Shown piece after piece: positions 25,201 to 40,200 of a stretch of 64,000 nucleotides of DNA. The first letter of the stretch is position 1. Each line of letters begins with the position of its first letter. The DNA comes from Rhina ancylostomus (taxonomy: Eukaryota): positions 61,167,874 through 61,231,873 of the forward strand of contig JARFYF010000052.1 in assembly GCA_030265395.1 (NCBI GenBank), read 5' to 3'. Made by a program: the position numbers and the translations under genes. The notes under the pieces were generated by a model. That model had not been told where the DNA came from and did not search any database. It saw only the letters and a program-made list of their open reading frames with translations.

Positions 25201-28200
25201 CACTAAATTTCTTACTCTACTGTCTTTATCCCTTAATTTAAAAATGGGGCCAGCCCAGCTTTTTTCTATTTACCTATTTCCTCTAAAAATTAAATGTCCT
25301 GGAATATTTAACTCCTAATGTTGGTCACTATGTAATAGTTAATTCCAAGATAAATATATTTTGAAAATGAAAATAAATTTGCTGCTTGCTCACTGAAGTC
25401 TAAAATGTTTTCAGAGATAACATGCAGCAGCAGATTTAGCCAAGATCTGAGAGGAAGGTGCCAAGGATGTTTTAATGAGGGGTTATGAATAGGGAACTTG
25501 GTTGATTTCCATCAGACCAAAGCTAAGAGAAGATGGGGTCTGAAGTTTTGTTTTCTGTTGCCTGTCTTAGAGTCAAACAGCAAAAAAAACCCTACAGCTC
25601 ACACTATCAAGTACTCATCTATACTAATCTCATTTTCCAGTGTTTGACCCATGGCCTTCTATACTTCAGCATTTCAAGTGCTCATCTAAATTCTTAAATG
25701 TCACAAGAATTTCTGTAGTGTGCTTCAGATTCCAACCGCTCTCTGGGTGAAAATTCTTCCTGCGATCCCTTCAAAACTTCCTTAAACCTGTGCCCTTTGG
25801 TTTTAGATGAGCATGTCATGGGGAAGAGTTGCTTGCTATGTACCCTATGTCCCTTGTGATTTTGTATACCTGTATCAGGGCCACCTTAGCTCCAGTGAAA
25901 ACAAACTCATCTTATTCCAGTGGCTCTTCATAATTGAAACATTCTGTCATAGATAACATTTTGAACACTCTCCTGTGCAGCCATGTCCTTTATATAATTT
26001 GGTGACCTGAATTATACACAGTTTCTAGCAGTGGCTGAACCGATGTTTTATAATGTACCATAACTTCCCAGCTCATGTGCTTACGTCCTGGGTATTGAAG
26101 ACAAGTGTCCTATTTGCCACTTTTACTATTGTATCTACCTGAGCTGCCAGCTTCTGGATCCTTGAACTTGTTCACCAAGGTCCCTCTGTTCCTCAATACT
26201 ACTTAGGGCCTACGATTCATTGTGCAGATCCTAGCCTTATCCTAGTTCTCCCAAAGTGCATCACCCCACACTTAAATTTCATCTGCCATTTCTCTGCCCT
26301 TCTTACCAGACATCAATATTGTACTGCAGCCTGAGATTCTCCTTATTATTAAAAATGCTGCCAATTTTTGTGTCATCTGCAAACTTGCTATTCATAATTC
26401 TTAGACGTCCAAATTTTGAAGTAAATGACTAACAGAGTTCTTGCACCAAGCCTTGTGGTATACCACTGATCACACACTTCCAATCTCAAAATCAACCTGC
26501 TGCCATCTCTCTCTGCCTCCCTATTACCGAGCCAATTGTAGATCTAATTTGCTAACTTTCCTTTGATCCAATCGGCTCATCCAATTTGACAACTTTCCTT
26601 GGATCCCATAGGCTGTAACCTTTCCTGTGTCTCCCATGTCAAAGGCCTTGCTGATGTCCATGTGGACTACAACAAAACGTTATGTTTGTGAACACACTTG
26701 GTTACCTTTTGGAAAGATTAAATCAAATTGGTCAGACAGCACCTTCTCACCCCACCCCCCAGCAAAACCATGCTGAACATCTTTGATTAATCCTTGCCTT
26801 TCCAGGTGTAGATTAATCCTGTCTCTCAGATTTTTTTTCCAATAGCTTTCCTCCCACTGACATTACTCACCAGTCTATAATTCCATACATTCCTTCTTGA
26901 ATAAAAGTACCACATTTGTGTTTCTCCAGTCATCTTGCACCTTGCCTGTGGCCAGTAAAAATTAAAAATCTGTCGGGCCCAGCAGTTTCCTCTCTTACCT
27001 CCCATAGCAGCCTAGGAATTTATTCATCATTAAGCTCTCGATGGCATCCAATACCTCCTTTTTAATGGTAAATTGTTCTCGAATTCCAGCATTTGTCTCC
27101 TTGAACTCTTCAACAACTGTCCTTCTCCTTTGTGAATACCAATGAGAAGTATTCATTTTAGACCTCACTTTCGTCTTCTGGCTTCACATCTTCCCACTTG
27201 GTCCATAATAGGCCCTACTCTTTCCATGATTATCCTGTTGCCCTTAACAGATGTTTAAAACACTTCATGACTTTCCTTAACCGTGTCTGCTAGCGATATT
27301 TTGGCTCTTCTTTGTTCTCCTAATTTCCTTTTTAAGTACCTTTTTTTTCCCCATACTTTTGACAGTCTGTGCTTCCTGTTTGTTTCATCCAAACCTTGCT
27401 ATCTCTTGACATCCAGGATTCATTGAACTTGCTGAACTTGCCTTTCGCAATAATTCTGTTCTTATTTTGTATTGCAAAGCTATAACCTTTGTAAATGTTT
27501 GTGAAATCACCTGTGGTTTTTCTTGAATTAAGTGTATCATAAGAAGAGGGAATGGAAGCTTACAGTTCATATGACTGATGCAACTGCTTGTAATTTAGTT
27601 TGTAGTAATAATAATATAAATATTTCCAATAGAGTTATTGTCACAGAAAAAATTTGAAGAAATCTGTAAGGCCAATCAAGCTGCAGTTCAAAGGTTTGCC
27701 GACGAAGACACTTCCTCAGAAGAAGAAGATGGAGCAGAAGATTTTGAGACCCAGCGAGGGAAAATTGTTGCATCAACGTTTAATACATATTCAGATCACA
27801 TAGGTAACATGAAACAAATTTACTTAAATAATGATGCTTAATGTGTAGCACATGATAATATGGATTTTAAATTATGAATCTGCATACTATTAGCTAGAAA
27901 CTTTATGAATTCTGAAACAATATAGTATGAGATTTTGTTACAAACGAATAAATGTACCTTGCCCATCTTATGATCTTATAAATGCAATGCAGTCAAAATA
28001 CTCACAGGTACATGCCTTCTGTACTTTGGGGAGGGAGAAGACATCCATTCAGGCTGGGTGCTGGGAGTTTGGGTGCAGGGAGTCTGGTGCAAACTCCTGC
28101 CCTCCCTATTGCTAAGAGCTGCTCTGCTGGGAGCTTGGTACTAATTCTTGCCCTTTGCTGGCACTTTTACAGCAAACAATCACCCATGGCTCAGTCTGAA

Positions 28201-31200
28201 GAGTTAGCCTGTGAGGGCTGGTTTTGGATGAGCCAGAGTAAGCAGTACAGCTATTCAGTGCTGAGACGTGGGACTTGGTTCACACTGAAGAGTGTGGGCT
28301 ATTGCTGGGGACCGGCAAGATCTCCTCTGTACATTGGAAGACAGCCTAGATCTTGCAGTCTCTCTTATCGCTTACTGGTGGATACGTTGGAAGCTGTTGT
28401 CTTTGGCTCCATAGCTTTCTCTTGCTCAGATTTTTCTGTGGGATGAGCTCAACAGCGGTTACTGACCTTTGAGATTGTTACCGTAGAGAAATCTCAGGGT
28501 TGGGGAGAGCTTTACAGACGGGCAAAGAGAGGAGGAAGCAGTAGCTTCCCTCGCCTCCAACAGAAAGTGATGGGAGAGACCATGGGATCCTGGTGGTATG
28601 TTATAACATGGACAAGGTGCTGCCAGTTCCCCAGCAATAGCCACCAGTAATCATGTCACCCTGACACCCACATCTTAGAAAGGAGCGGTTGCATCACTTG
28701 CCCTGCCCTGCTCAACACTAGTGCTTATAAACGACCTCTCCACATTGAGTTGCAGGCAATTCTCTGCTGTAAGTGCATCGGTAGAGGGCAGGGATTCACA
28801 CGAGGATCGGGACTTCCAGGTTTGTGGCACATCAATACTGTCAGTAATGCATCTCTCTATACATACTGCTATAACTACCCCTTTGTAATCATTTCAAAGT
28901 CAAAGTCGAGTTTGTTGCCATATGCACAAGTACATGTATGTACAGGTGCAGTGAAAAACTTACTTGCAGCATCATCAGAGGTGCATAGCATCATATCAGC
29001 ACCATTCACAAGAAGAACATAAACATAAATTATACACAATTTTTACAAGAAAGAAGACAATTAGAACAAAAGAAAAACAAAGTCCATTTTAGTGCAAAGT
29101 GATCAAAGTGGTCATAGTGTTGCTAAACTCCAGCAATTAGGGTTCTGCCAGTTAGTTCAAGAACTGAATGGTTGAAGGGAAGTAGCTGTTCTTGAACCTG
29201 GTGGTGTGGGATTTCAAGCCTCTGTACCTCATGCTCGATGGTAGCTGTGAGAAGATGACATGGCCCAGATGGTGGGAATCTTTGATGATGGATGTTGCCC
29301 TCTTGAGGGAGTACCTCCTATAGATACCACTGATGGTGGGGAGGGATGTGCCTGTGATATATTGGGCAGAATCCACTACTGTACAGCTTCTTGCATTCCT
29401 GTGCATTCGAATTGCCATACCAGACCATGATGCAACTAGTCAGGATTCTTTCAACAGTACACCTGAAGAAGTTTGCTAGTGTTTGGTGACAAGATGAACC
29501 TCCTTTTTTAAAAAAATAAAGGTAAAGACACTGGTGCGCTCTCCTTATGATTGCATCCATATGCTGGGCCCAGGACAGGTCATCCGATATGTTAATGCCC
29601 ATGAATTTAAAGCTGTTGACTCTCTCCACTGCCAGTCCCCCAATGTAGACTGGCCCAGGTTTGCCCTCCTTCGCCTTTCTGAAGTCAACAGTCAACTCTT
29701 TAGTTTTGCTGACGTTGAATTAAGAGGTTGTTGTTGCAGCACCACTTAACCAGGTGTCCTATCTCCCTCCAGTAGGCTGACTCATCCCCAGCTGTGAATC
29801 ATCCAACAACAGTAGTGTCATTGGCAAATTTGAAAATGGCATTGGAGCTTTGTTTAGCAACACAGTCGTGTGTATAAAGGGTAGAGCAGAGGCTTAGCAC
29901 GCCTGGAGGTGCACCTGTGTGGATGACCAGCGAGGTGTTGTTGTTACCAGTCTTCACTGATTGGGGTCTGCTGATGAGGAAGTCAAGTATCCAGTTGCAG
30001 AGAGAGGTAGAGAGGTACAGAGGCCCAGGTCTTGAAGCATGATGATGAGTTTATATGGGATGATTGAGTTGAATGCTGAGCTGTAGTCAATAAACAGCAG
30101 CCTGACAAATGAGTTCCTGTTGCCCAGATGGTCCAGAACAGAGTGAAGAACCAGAGAAATTGCACCTAATGTTGATCTGTTGTGGCAGTAGGTGAATTGG
30201 AGCTGATCCAGGTCACCTCTGTGGCAGGAGTTAATTCGCACCATAACCAACCTCTCGAAGCACTTTATTACGGTTGACATAAGCACTACTGTAGTCATTG
30301 AGGCAGGAGACCACTCTCTTCTTGGGCACCAGGAGGTTGACTATATCAGTTAATGCTCCAGCCAGTTGGTCCACACAGATCTTTAGTACTCAGACAGGTA
30401 TGCCATCTGGACCAGACATCTTTCGTGAATTCATCCTTTTGAAGGATGTCCGTATGTCTTCCAATAATGTTCTTGTTCCTGGAAAGATACTGTGAGAGCT
30501 AAACAAGACACCAGGTTATCAGTACATATCATTGATATATCAGTATATAATACTGATATATTGATTCCTCCAAATTGGAAAGTTTTCATTTTTATTTCTT
30601 TAACTACAATTATAATGTTGGTATAAATACATATTTGTTTTATAAGGACACTGCAGCTACAATGTGAAAGCGTCTGAATTTAGTCAGGAGAAAACCTGAC
30701 AATAAAGGGAAGTGCAATGCACTTCCAGAGTGGACAGTAAACTTTCACACTACTATGAAGGCAATGTCTGGTCTGATTTTAAAGTCTTGAAACTTACATT
30801 TAGCTCTTGGAATTGGGCAGCTGACAGGCCTCCAATTTCCTGCTAGACAAGAGTAACAGCTAACCTTCAGACTTTGTGTTATAATGGGTGTCAGTCAACA
30901 GTTTCAAAAGAACAGATCACACTGACCATCTTACAAATTTTTCTGAGGAACTAAGGTTTCCATTGGATATAGGATACTAACCTTAGACTTCCAGAAAGCC
31001 TCAAGTAGAATTCATGTGAAAGTCAGGTTCACGAGTAAAAGACACTGGGTATCCTAAGTTAAACCCAGATATGAATAAAGAACTGAATGAATGAATGTTG
31101 GCAATATTTACAGTTAAATATATTGAATGGTGTGGCTAGGAATGGAATTGAACCCCACGTTTCACATCATATAGATGCTGACTGCAGTACATGAAAATTT

Positions 31201-34200
31201 GTTGTATTTGCACAAGTTACCAAATTATCAGGCTGCAGCATGATGAAGGAGCAAAGAATCTGCAAAATGGGGTAGACAATGTTTGTCACTGAACTTCAGA
31301 TATAATCATATCTAGGTAGATGAAAGTTCTTGTGCATTGGCAAAAAATGCAAATACCTATTTAAAATAAAAATCTGCCAGACTTGCTCTTCCGCTTCCAT
31401 TTCCCCCCTACCCTTACACCCCTGCGATATTCTCCAAACCACCAACTATGTACACAATCCTCTTTTTCTCTGTCTGCCCTCTGGCAAGGAATCCTCTTTC
31501 TAACCCTTTTATTCAGCCATCTCACTAAGAAAATTGCAGTAGAATATTGGAGCTCTTCAGTCAACTCATGGATTTGTTCACTGTAAACACTAGGGCTGCT
31601 TGACTACATAGCAGTCTTGCATCTGGAGAGTGTTCTGTACAGCACTTTGCACAAGTGTCAGGTCCCCCTCTAACTGGATATGGGCTGCATCCACATCATC
31701 ATTGCTATACCAGAATGAAGTAAGTATTTTTTATGCTGATATTACATTTGTGTGTGTTAAATCCTCATGTTTAGTTAAGTTGAAGGAATCAATATTGCAT
31801 GTATTGACATTTGCAAAATTAAAAACTTCTTAATAATATGATATGGGTCGCAAAAGATGAACTAGCTTGTTTGATGAATTGATTCTTTTACATAGGTGAG
31901 GATTCTTCCAGAGAACTGGAACGTACAAAACAATATTTGAATGAAGCATTTCAGTCAGGGGCTCAAACGTGTCTCATCTGCATTGCCTCTGTAAAGAGAA
32001 ACCAGGCTGTAAGTGTTGTAACATAGTCAAAACTCTCAGAACTTAGATTTAAATGTTATACATTTTTTTTGCAGTATCAGTCCTAACTTGTGCATAATCC
32101 TTTTAGTACTGTGAAATATTATACCACAAATTCATGTGTTCTCAATTTTATAGTGTGCAATAAATGATTTAGATAGAAGTTTGAACTTCCTGTAGAAAAT
32201 CTGATCACAATTTCTTATTAAGATGGGTATGGGTTGCTTCTGAAGTTGTGAACAATGGTATATAAAAAAAATCAATACACGTTAATGCCTGTGAATCTTC
32301 TCATATGGTAAATTTTTAATCTTAACTGACTTCAGGAGAGAATGAGTATTTTTTGACATATTTACATTCATCCAGTCAAATTGTGATTGACATTCAGAGG
32401 AATTTGGGGTTGGCTGTGGATCTGTGGTTTCATTTTGGAATGTTCNNNNNNNNNNNNNNNNNNNNNNNNNNNNNNNNNNNNNNNNNNNNNNNNNNNNNNN
32501 NNNNNNNNNNNNNNNNNNNNNNNNNNNNNNNNNNNNNNNNNNNNNGATTGTTATATGTATTAAAGATTTAGATATGAATGAAGGAGATATGTTTAGTAAA
32601 TTTTCAGAGGACACAAAAATTAATGGTGTCACTGGTAGTGGGGAAAATAGTTGTAGGATTTGGATCAGTTGGATATTAATCAATGGGTGGGATAGAATTT
32701 AATCCTGGTAAGTGTGAGGTGTTGTATTTTGGGAAAACTAATCAGGGTTTAACATATCCTGTGAATGGTAGGATTCAAGGGACTATTGAGGAAGAGAAAG
32801 ACCTTGGTGTACAAGTCTACGGATCCCAAAGGTGCCAGCAGAGATAGATAAGGTGGTAAAGAAGGCATCTGAGATGCTTCATTGGCTGGGGCATAGAGTG
32901 TAAGAGCAGGGAAGTTATAGTGCAACTTTATGAAATATTGGTTCGGCCACATCTGGAATATTGTGTGTAGCCGTCGTAGCCACACTATAGGAACTACATG
33001 ATTACACTAAAGAAGGTGCTGAGGAGATTCACCAGGATGCTGCCTGGGATGAATGATTTCATTTACGAGGAGAGAATGAACAGTCTGGGTTTGTTTATCT
33101 CAATGCAGAGAAGGCAAAGGGGGGGGTAGTGTTTGATGTAGGTGTACAAAATAATGAGGGTCATTAACAGGATATACAGTAGAGAAATGTTTCCCCATAG
33201 CAGATGTATCTATAAGTTAGAGGGCATAGGTTTAGGGTAAGGGATAAAAGATTTAGAGGGGTTCTCTGGGATTTCTTTTGCCCAGTGGGTAGTTGGAATC
33301 TGAAATGCACTTGCTGGTAGTGCAGCCAGGTGCTCTCACAACATTTAAATGAGCACTTAGATTACCAATGTGTAGAAGACTACTGAGTAAGTGCTGGTAA
33401 ATGGGATTTGTATAGGTAGGTACTTGATGGTTGGTATGAATCAAATGGCCTTTTTCTGTGCTGTATGATTCCATGGCTCTATGACTCTCTGACATCCATC
33501 TCAATGCCATGTCTCCATTCTCTCCCCACACCTTCTGACGCTCTCCACATCTGGAAATTTAAATATCCCTCTCTTAAAAAAATATGCAACTACTGTGTTT
33601 TTTTTCTCATTTCCTCCTTTATTGGCAAGTTGACACAGTATTTGTGAATTAACAATTGTATAATCCTTTGTGACCTCATTCAACAAATAGTTCCTTAGAG
33701 CATGATCAGGGTTTTAAAATGTTCAAATCCATCTCATTTAAAATACAGATTTTTTAATTAAACTTAAAATTCAATCTTTTTCCTCGTTAGGTTTGGAGTT
33801 GCTTTCGTTGCTATTGTATCTTTCATATGCCATGCATTCAAAAATGGGCAAAAGACAGCATTTTCCTTGTATCCTCAGTATTGGATGATGATTTTGGAAA
33901 AAAAGATCACCCGTGGCCATGGTAATCAACAGATATTTGTTTGATAGATATTGTTTTAATATTGTATATTTATTGCATTTTATAAGGTTTCATCTTTTAA
34001 ATTTGTGACTAAATGGGTAATCACCTTGATCAAGGTTAATTTTTTACCTTGTCCGTACTAGCCTTTCAATAATTTGGATGCTATTGTTACTCTGAATTCT
34101 CTAAATTCATTTATTTTTTTGTCATGAATCAATAATTTTTATCTTGGAAATATTTTCAGCTAGAAGATATTTTCTTATCAATCCTGCTCTGAAATCCTAG

Positions 34201-37200
34201 TCATACACCACAAGTATCTGCACTTTGCACTAATCCTACACCAATCCCACTTTGTTCTCTACACATGCCTGTAAACTCCCCACAGATTCTACCTGTCACT
34301 TGTACACTAGAGACAATTTACAATGACCAATTAATTCACTAATGAATTTGTCTTTGGTATGTGGGTAAAATCTAGAGAAAGCTAGCAGGTCACAAGGAGA
34401 ACTTGCAAACTCCACACAGACAGTACCAGGGATCAGGATCAAACCTGAGTTGCTGGAGTTTTGAGGCAGCTGCTTTTACTAGCTGTGCCAATGGAATCTT
34501 TCACTTAATTCTCTATTATGCAAAATTGACAAGGTGTGGACCTGTTGCTCAGAATTTTTATACACTGTATGCCAGCATTTGTATAGTTACCATTTGATTA
34601 TATATGTTCTAACAATCTTATGAACTGTATAAATTGCTTCTGTTGGAGATAATTCTATCAGCTTCACACAATCTGTTATCTTTTTATGAAAATTATTTTT
34701 ATTGAATTGAGTTTTGAATAATCCTTTTTAAATCTTGCATTATCAATTATGTTGGGTTCTACATTACGAAACCATCATTATTTGTAAAATACTGGATGCT
34801 GTAGTTTATTTTTAAAAAGATTCAGTGCTGGTAGAAATCAATTTGTACAACATTTCTAGTGGTTCAGGTAGTTAAGTTTTTGATTTTCTATTTAGTCCTA
34901 AATGTAGGCATCAGTACGAACAATCTCAAACTCCAACAAGATACTACTGTTACTGTGGAAAAGTTGAAGATCCACCACAAGACCCTTGGCTTGTTCCTCA
35001 TTCCTGTGGCCAAGTTTGTGATAAAGAATTTAAGCCTTTATGTGGACACAAGTGTCTCCTTTTATGCCATCCTGGTAAAGTAATTTAGAATAGGCTTATA
35101 GTTTTTGAAAAGTTTCAATAAACTTGGGCATGATTCAAAATGTATTTTGTTTTTCTAACTTAGGTCCCTGCCCACCTTGTCCAAAGATGGTCTCTGTAAC
35201 ATGCTACTGCAAAAAAGCTAAAATGATATCCAGGCGATGCAGTGCTAAGGGGTGGTCCTGTCAGCAACCATGTGGTCGACTGTTATCTTGTGGGCAACAT
35301 AAATGTGAAAATCTATGTCATGCAGGTTGGTGTATGGCATAAACTCTACTGTGAAGTTTTTGGTAAACATGAGGATAAGTTAGTACAAGTAAAGCATTGT
35401 GCTTCCATCTCAGAATACATCTGCTTTAATTTTAACTGGAAAGAACATGATCAGGAAAATTATTTTTATTTTCAACACGTGTTTGTATTATTGCCTAATC
35501 GAAATAGAGTTTAGATGTGAAGTGATAACTGAAAATTTTAGTCTCCATTTCCTTTCCCTTGGTTCTTTATGAGCTTAAAAACTAAATACACAAGAGCATT
35601 TAGGTGACTTCTATCATTCAGAAGTAGTATTTAACCTCAGCAAGGCAAATGATGTCTCTGTTTTGAATATTCCCCCAAACCAGCTGAAGCAGTAATGCAT
35701 TTCTTTCATGCTTGCCTAAATCTGATTTATTTGTTACTGGGCTTTTCCACGGATGACTGAAGAATAGGTTATCCTCACTATAAATTCTCAATGGCTAAAC
35801 AATGGTTTAGCAAAGATATCCCCAGGCGCTTCACTGGAGTATTATCAAATAAACATTTGACACCACGCCACATTAGTAGATATTAGGACAGTTGACCAAA
35901 ATCTTGGCTGATGTGATAAATTTTAAGAAGCATCTTAAAGGAGGAAGGGAAGGTGGTGCACTTTAGGAAAAGGATTTTGCAGCTTTAGACTTTTGAAATT
36001 GAAGGGATAACTGCCAATACTTAGCAGGAGTAAATTCAGGAACAAGCCAGAGGCCAGCAGAAGGAATAAACAAGTGGTTGATATAAGTAAAAATATTCAG
36101 AAGTGAGAGGACAACAACATGCATTGAACTACATTGTCCTCTGCTCATTTTGTGGACTTTATTTATTTTAATGTTTTAGGAAAATGCTTTTACATAATTG
36201 ATTGACAATTATCAGTACATAGGTTTAAGAATCTAGATCATGTTTTTTAAAGGAATGTGAAAAGAATGACTAATGTCTGATGTAAATGAAAATTCAACTT
36301 TCAACCATGCTTGTGACTGAATAAACAATGCATGCTGTAGCTTGAATTTAGAAATGTTATAAATTGCTCTCAAATGTTTCTCTTTTTTTTTTAAAGGCAG
36401 TTGTCCAGAGTGTCCTCGTGTCAGCTGGCAACTATGTTTGTGTGGCAGGAAAACAGCTGAGCGGTTGTGTGCTAGTCCACAATGGCAATGTGAAGAGGTA
36501 AACTTTAAAACAAAAAGTAACATTTTAGTTAGGTCAAATGACTTCCTCTTGTTTGTTTATTTAATCTTTCTGAAGATTTATTGAAAATCATTAGATAATT
36601 AGAAACTGAAGAAGGACCTTGAGACTTCAATTATTCATATATGACATTCTGTGCTTTGTTGGCACTTGATGCTCATCTTTAATTGCCCTTGAAAGTGTTG
36701 TTGAGCCATTGAAGTCACTATACTGAAGGTATTCCGTTAGCACTCTTGGCTTGGGAATTCCAGGATGTTGATGCAGTAGTAATGAAGGAATAGTATTTTT
36801 GGAAAGCATTGGACTGCTTATTTAAAAATAAAACTAAAATATTGGGAATGCTCATCGTCAGTTGATGTTTTTGGTTGATGACCTTTTGTTAGAAGTGGGG
36901 AAAAGTTGAACGTTAAATTAGCTTTTTTGAGTTAACATTGTCCTACCTGCCTTTTTGTAGGATTTCTCATTGGATAATTTTCAGACCACCTTATCTTCAG
37001 CCATACTGGTCCCTGATTTTAGTAGAGAGAAAAAAGGTTTTGAAATTATTGGCAAATAATTTTACTGATTGATAGGAATTGGTGTTTATCATTTTCTGTT
37101 ACTTGTTTGTGTGAGGTTCGTTTTTACAGTAATATGTTTAGTATGCTTTAATTTCCAAAGGGCACATATAACTTATAGTTTTATCACTTAGGTATGTAGA

Positions 37201-40200
37201 AAAACTCTGCCTTGTGGTCATCATACATGTGAACAGGTCTGCCACCGTGGGTCATGCGGAATTTGCCCACGATCAGGATACAGGGTGTGTCCATGTGGAA
37301 AATCAAGTATGTACATTCATGTACATATTATATTAAAAGTTTGTGTTTGCAGTCTTGAAAAACCTTCTATTTGTCATTTTTTGTGTAAATATTTTCTATC
37401 ATTGCATCTATACACAAAGCAAGCTGTCTTAATTAATACACAAGCTGTCTTGTGCTTCAGGCTTACTTCTCCTAACCTGTACTTCTTGAAGCCACTAGAG
37501 GACCTATGTTGACTCTAGCAGGCACAAGTCCTGGTTATGCTCACTAGTGCTGAGCTGGAATGCCAGGATGTTCTGTCTGGATTTTGGGGAAAATCGAGGA
37601 TGTAATTTCCCCCACCTCCACTCCTTACTGGTGTTTTGTATAGTGAACATTATGTAGAAACCATAGTGATTGGATTATGCCTCAAAATCTAGCCCCTGAG
37701 ATCATGCTCCTTCTGGAATTTCTCCTAACTGGCCTCCCTTTTAATAGTCTGAACTCTTAAATTGTGAAGAACCTTGCCATGCATATCCCATTCTGCAAAC
37801 TCTCTCACTTCTGTACTTTTTAGATTTGAGTTAATTTTCTTTTCACTTATCTGAAATGGCTTTGGACATTTTTTGCATTAATGGGGCTATACAAATATAA
37901 ATTGCAGTTTGTTGTGATGCTTACAAGAAGTAGCTTTATTAGATTGGGGGGGGGGGTGTGGGTTTTGTTATTGTTCCCTGTTTTTTTTCTCTCTTTTCTA
38001 TGGGCTGGATTTCCAGCAGGAATTCACTTTTAGACCTTGCTTCTTCAGTTTCTATTCTGTCTCCTCTCCCTGTAGTCAGCTTGTTCTTGAGGCCTGCCTT
38101 CTGCTCCCTTTTGAATTTATTCCTTCCAAACTGCTGACTATCTAACCTCCATTCTGGCCCCCATGTTAGCTGCTGATGATTTCATATCTTGGACTCTCCC
38201 TGTGTCCCTCCATATCTGCCATCACTAATCTGTTCCTCAATATGAGAACAACCTTTGACCACTCTGTTCTTACAAACTTCTATCGCTTCCTTAATTTCCC
38301 TTTCCTTGGCAACTGTCTTAAACTGAACCCGACTGCTCATAGGTCAAATTTAACCTCGGGATTATGCATTTGGTCAATTATCAAGACTGCCCAATTCTAT
38401 TTCAAAACCTACCTGACTTTTCTGTTGCCTGGTCTTATTTGTTACTGAATGACTCATCCAGGGCTTCGTATTTTCCAGAAATTTTTATTCAAATGCATTC
38501 CAACTTGGCCATCCTTTCTGTAGTCTTCATTGGCTTCAAGATCATCTGAAGCTCTGCTGGCACCAAGTACCCATCACCCTTGCATTCACTGACCTACATT
38601 GGTTCCCAATTAAGTAATGGGGTGTTGCATCTTCCATTATATTTTGCAACATCTCTGCTTTGCATCTTAATGGATTTTAGATCATGCTAGTTGAATGTTT
38701 ACTTTCATTTTAAAGTTGATACACCCAAATTGCAAGATGCTATCATGAGCAAGTTAGGAAGCTACATGATTGTAATGCCATATGTGCGCACACCTTCATT
38801 TACTGTAGAGCAACAAATAATCTGCTGGAGGAACTCAGCTGGCTGAGCAGCATTCATGCGGGAGGGGAGGAATTCTAAATGTTTCAGGTCAGGGCCCTGC
38901 ATCAGGACCTTAGTATACAGATGCAGGCTTTTGACCCAAAACGTTGACAATTCCTTTACCACACAGATACTGCTTGGTCCATTGAGTCCCTCCAGCAGAT
39001 TTTGTTGCTCTAGATTCCAGCATCTGCAATCTCTTTAATCGGAACATAGAACATTACGGCACAGTACGGGCCCTTTGGCCCATGATATTGTGCTGACATT
39101 TTATCCTGCTCTAATATCTAACCCTTCCCACATAGCCCTCCATTCTTCTATCATTCATGTGGCTATCTCAGAGTCTCTTAAATGTCCATAATGTATCTGC
39201 TCCCACAACCTCTGCTGGCAGTGCATTTCATGCACCCACCACTCTCTGTAACTTACTCTGACATCTCCCTTATATTTTCCTCCAATCACCCTAAAATTAT
39301 ACCCTCTTGTGTTAGCCATCTTCACCCTGGGGAAAAAGTCTCTGACTGTCCACTCGATCAATGCCTTTTATCATCTTGTACACCTTATCAAGTCACCTCT
39401 CATCCTCATCCTCCTCCTCTCCAAAGAGAATAGCCCTAGCTCACTCAACCAATCCCTCTCAATCATTGTGGGGCAGCCTCCTTCGTGTTAAAAGGCAGTG
39501 CCAGGGTTTAAATGGCTTACTAACTTTTGGATAAATATCATCTAATAAAGATATGGGTAAATGTTGGCAATTAAGACTGTATTGTTACTTGTTTCATATC
39601 TATCTTGCTTTCAAAGAGTGAAAGGCCTCCTTAAAAATTAAAGTAGTTTTTTATCAATTCATCCAGAATCTGCACTGCCCTGCAGAGAGGATGTACCAAC
39701 CTGTGGTGATACTTGTGACAAACAATTAGAGTGTGGTCTTCATAGATGTTCAATGCGCTGCCATCGAGGCCCCTGCGAGACCTGTAGACAGGTAAGAAGA
39801 TTTATTAGTTTAGTAGTGTTTTGCTCCCAATGACTTCTTTTAAAATAAAGCACAGGTTTAGGGAAGAAACAGTCAAATTCCTTCATTTGTGCCATCCATA
39901 TATCCTAGAGTTGACCTGTCCGGGGGGGGGGGGCCTCAAAATGATATGCTTATATTCCTACTGTCTCCAAAAGTGAAACTTTGCTTACCTGACTGATAAG
40001 TGACTAAACCCTTCAGTTGGGTCAAGTGTACTAGAGTAGTGTAGAAACCACAAAGCACAATCCTACCCAGTTACAGCCATGTTTGATTCTTGTTCCTTTT
40101 GAGTTGTTTGTTGAAATATTGTAAATATTCCTGATTGTTGATGAAATATGTGTAGTTTGTTGTACAAGAAGCATAATAACAGGGAGTCTGTGAATTAAGA

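Noticed and set aside
27927-28650. GC-richer intronic stretch with ORFs of 154 and about 62 aa
   Set aside because: No recognisable domain or splice-compatible exon; likely an unclassified repeat.
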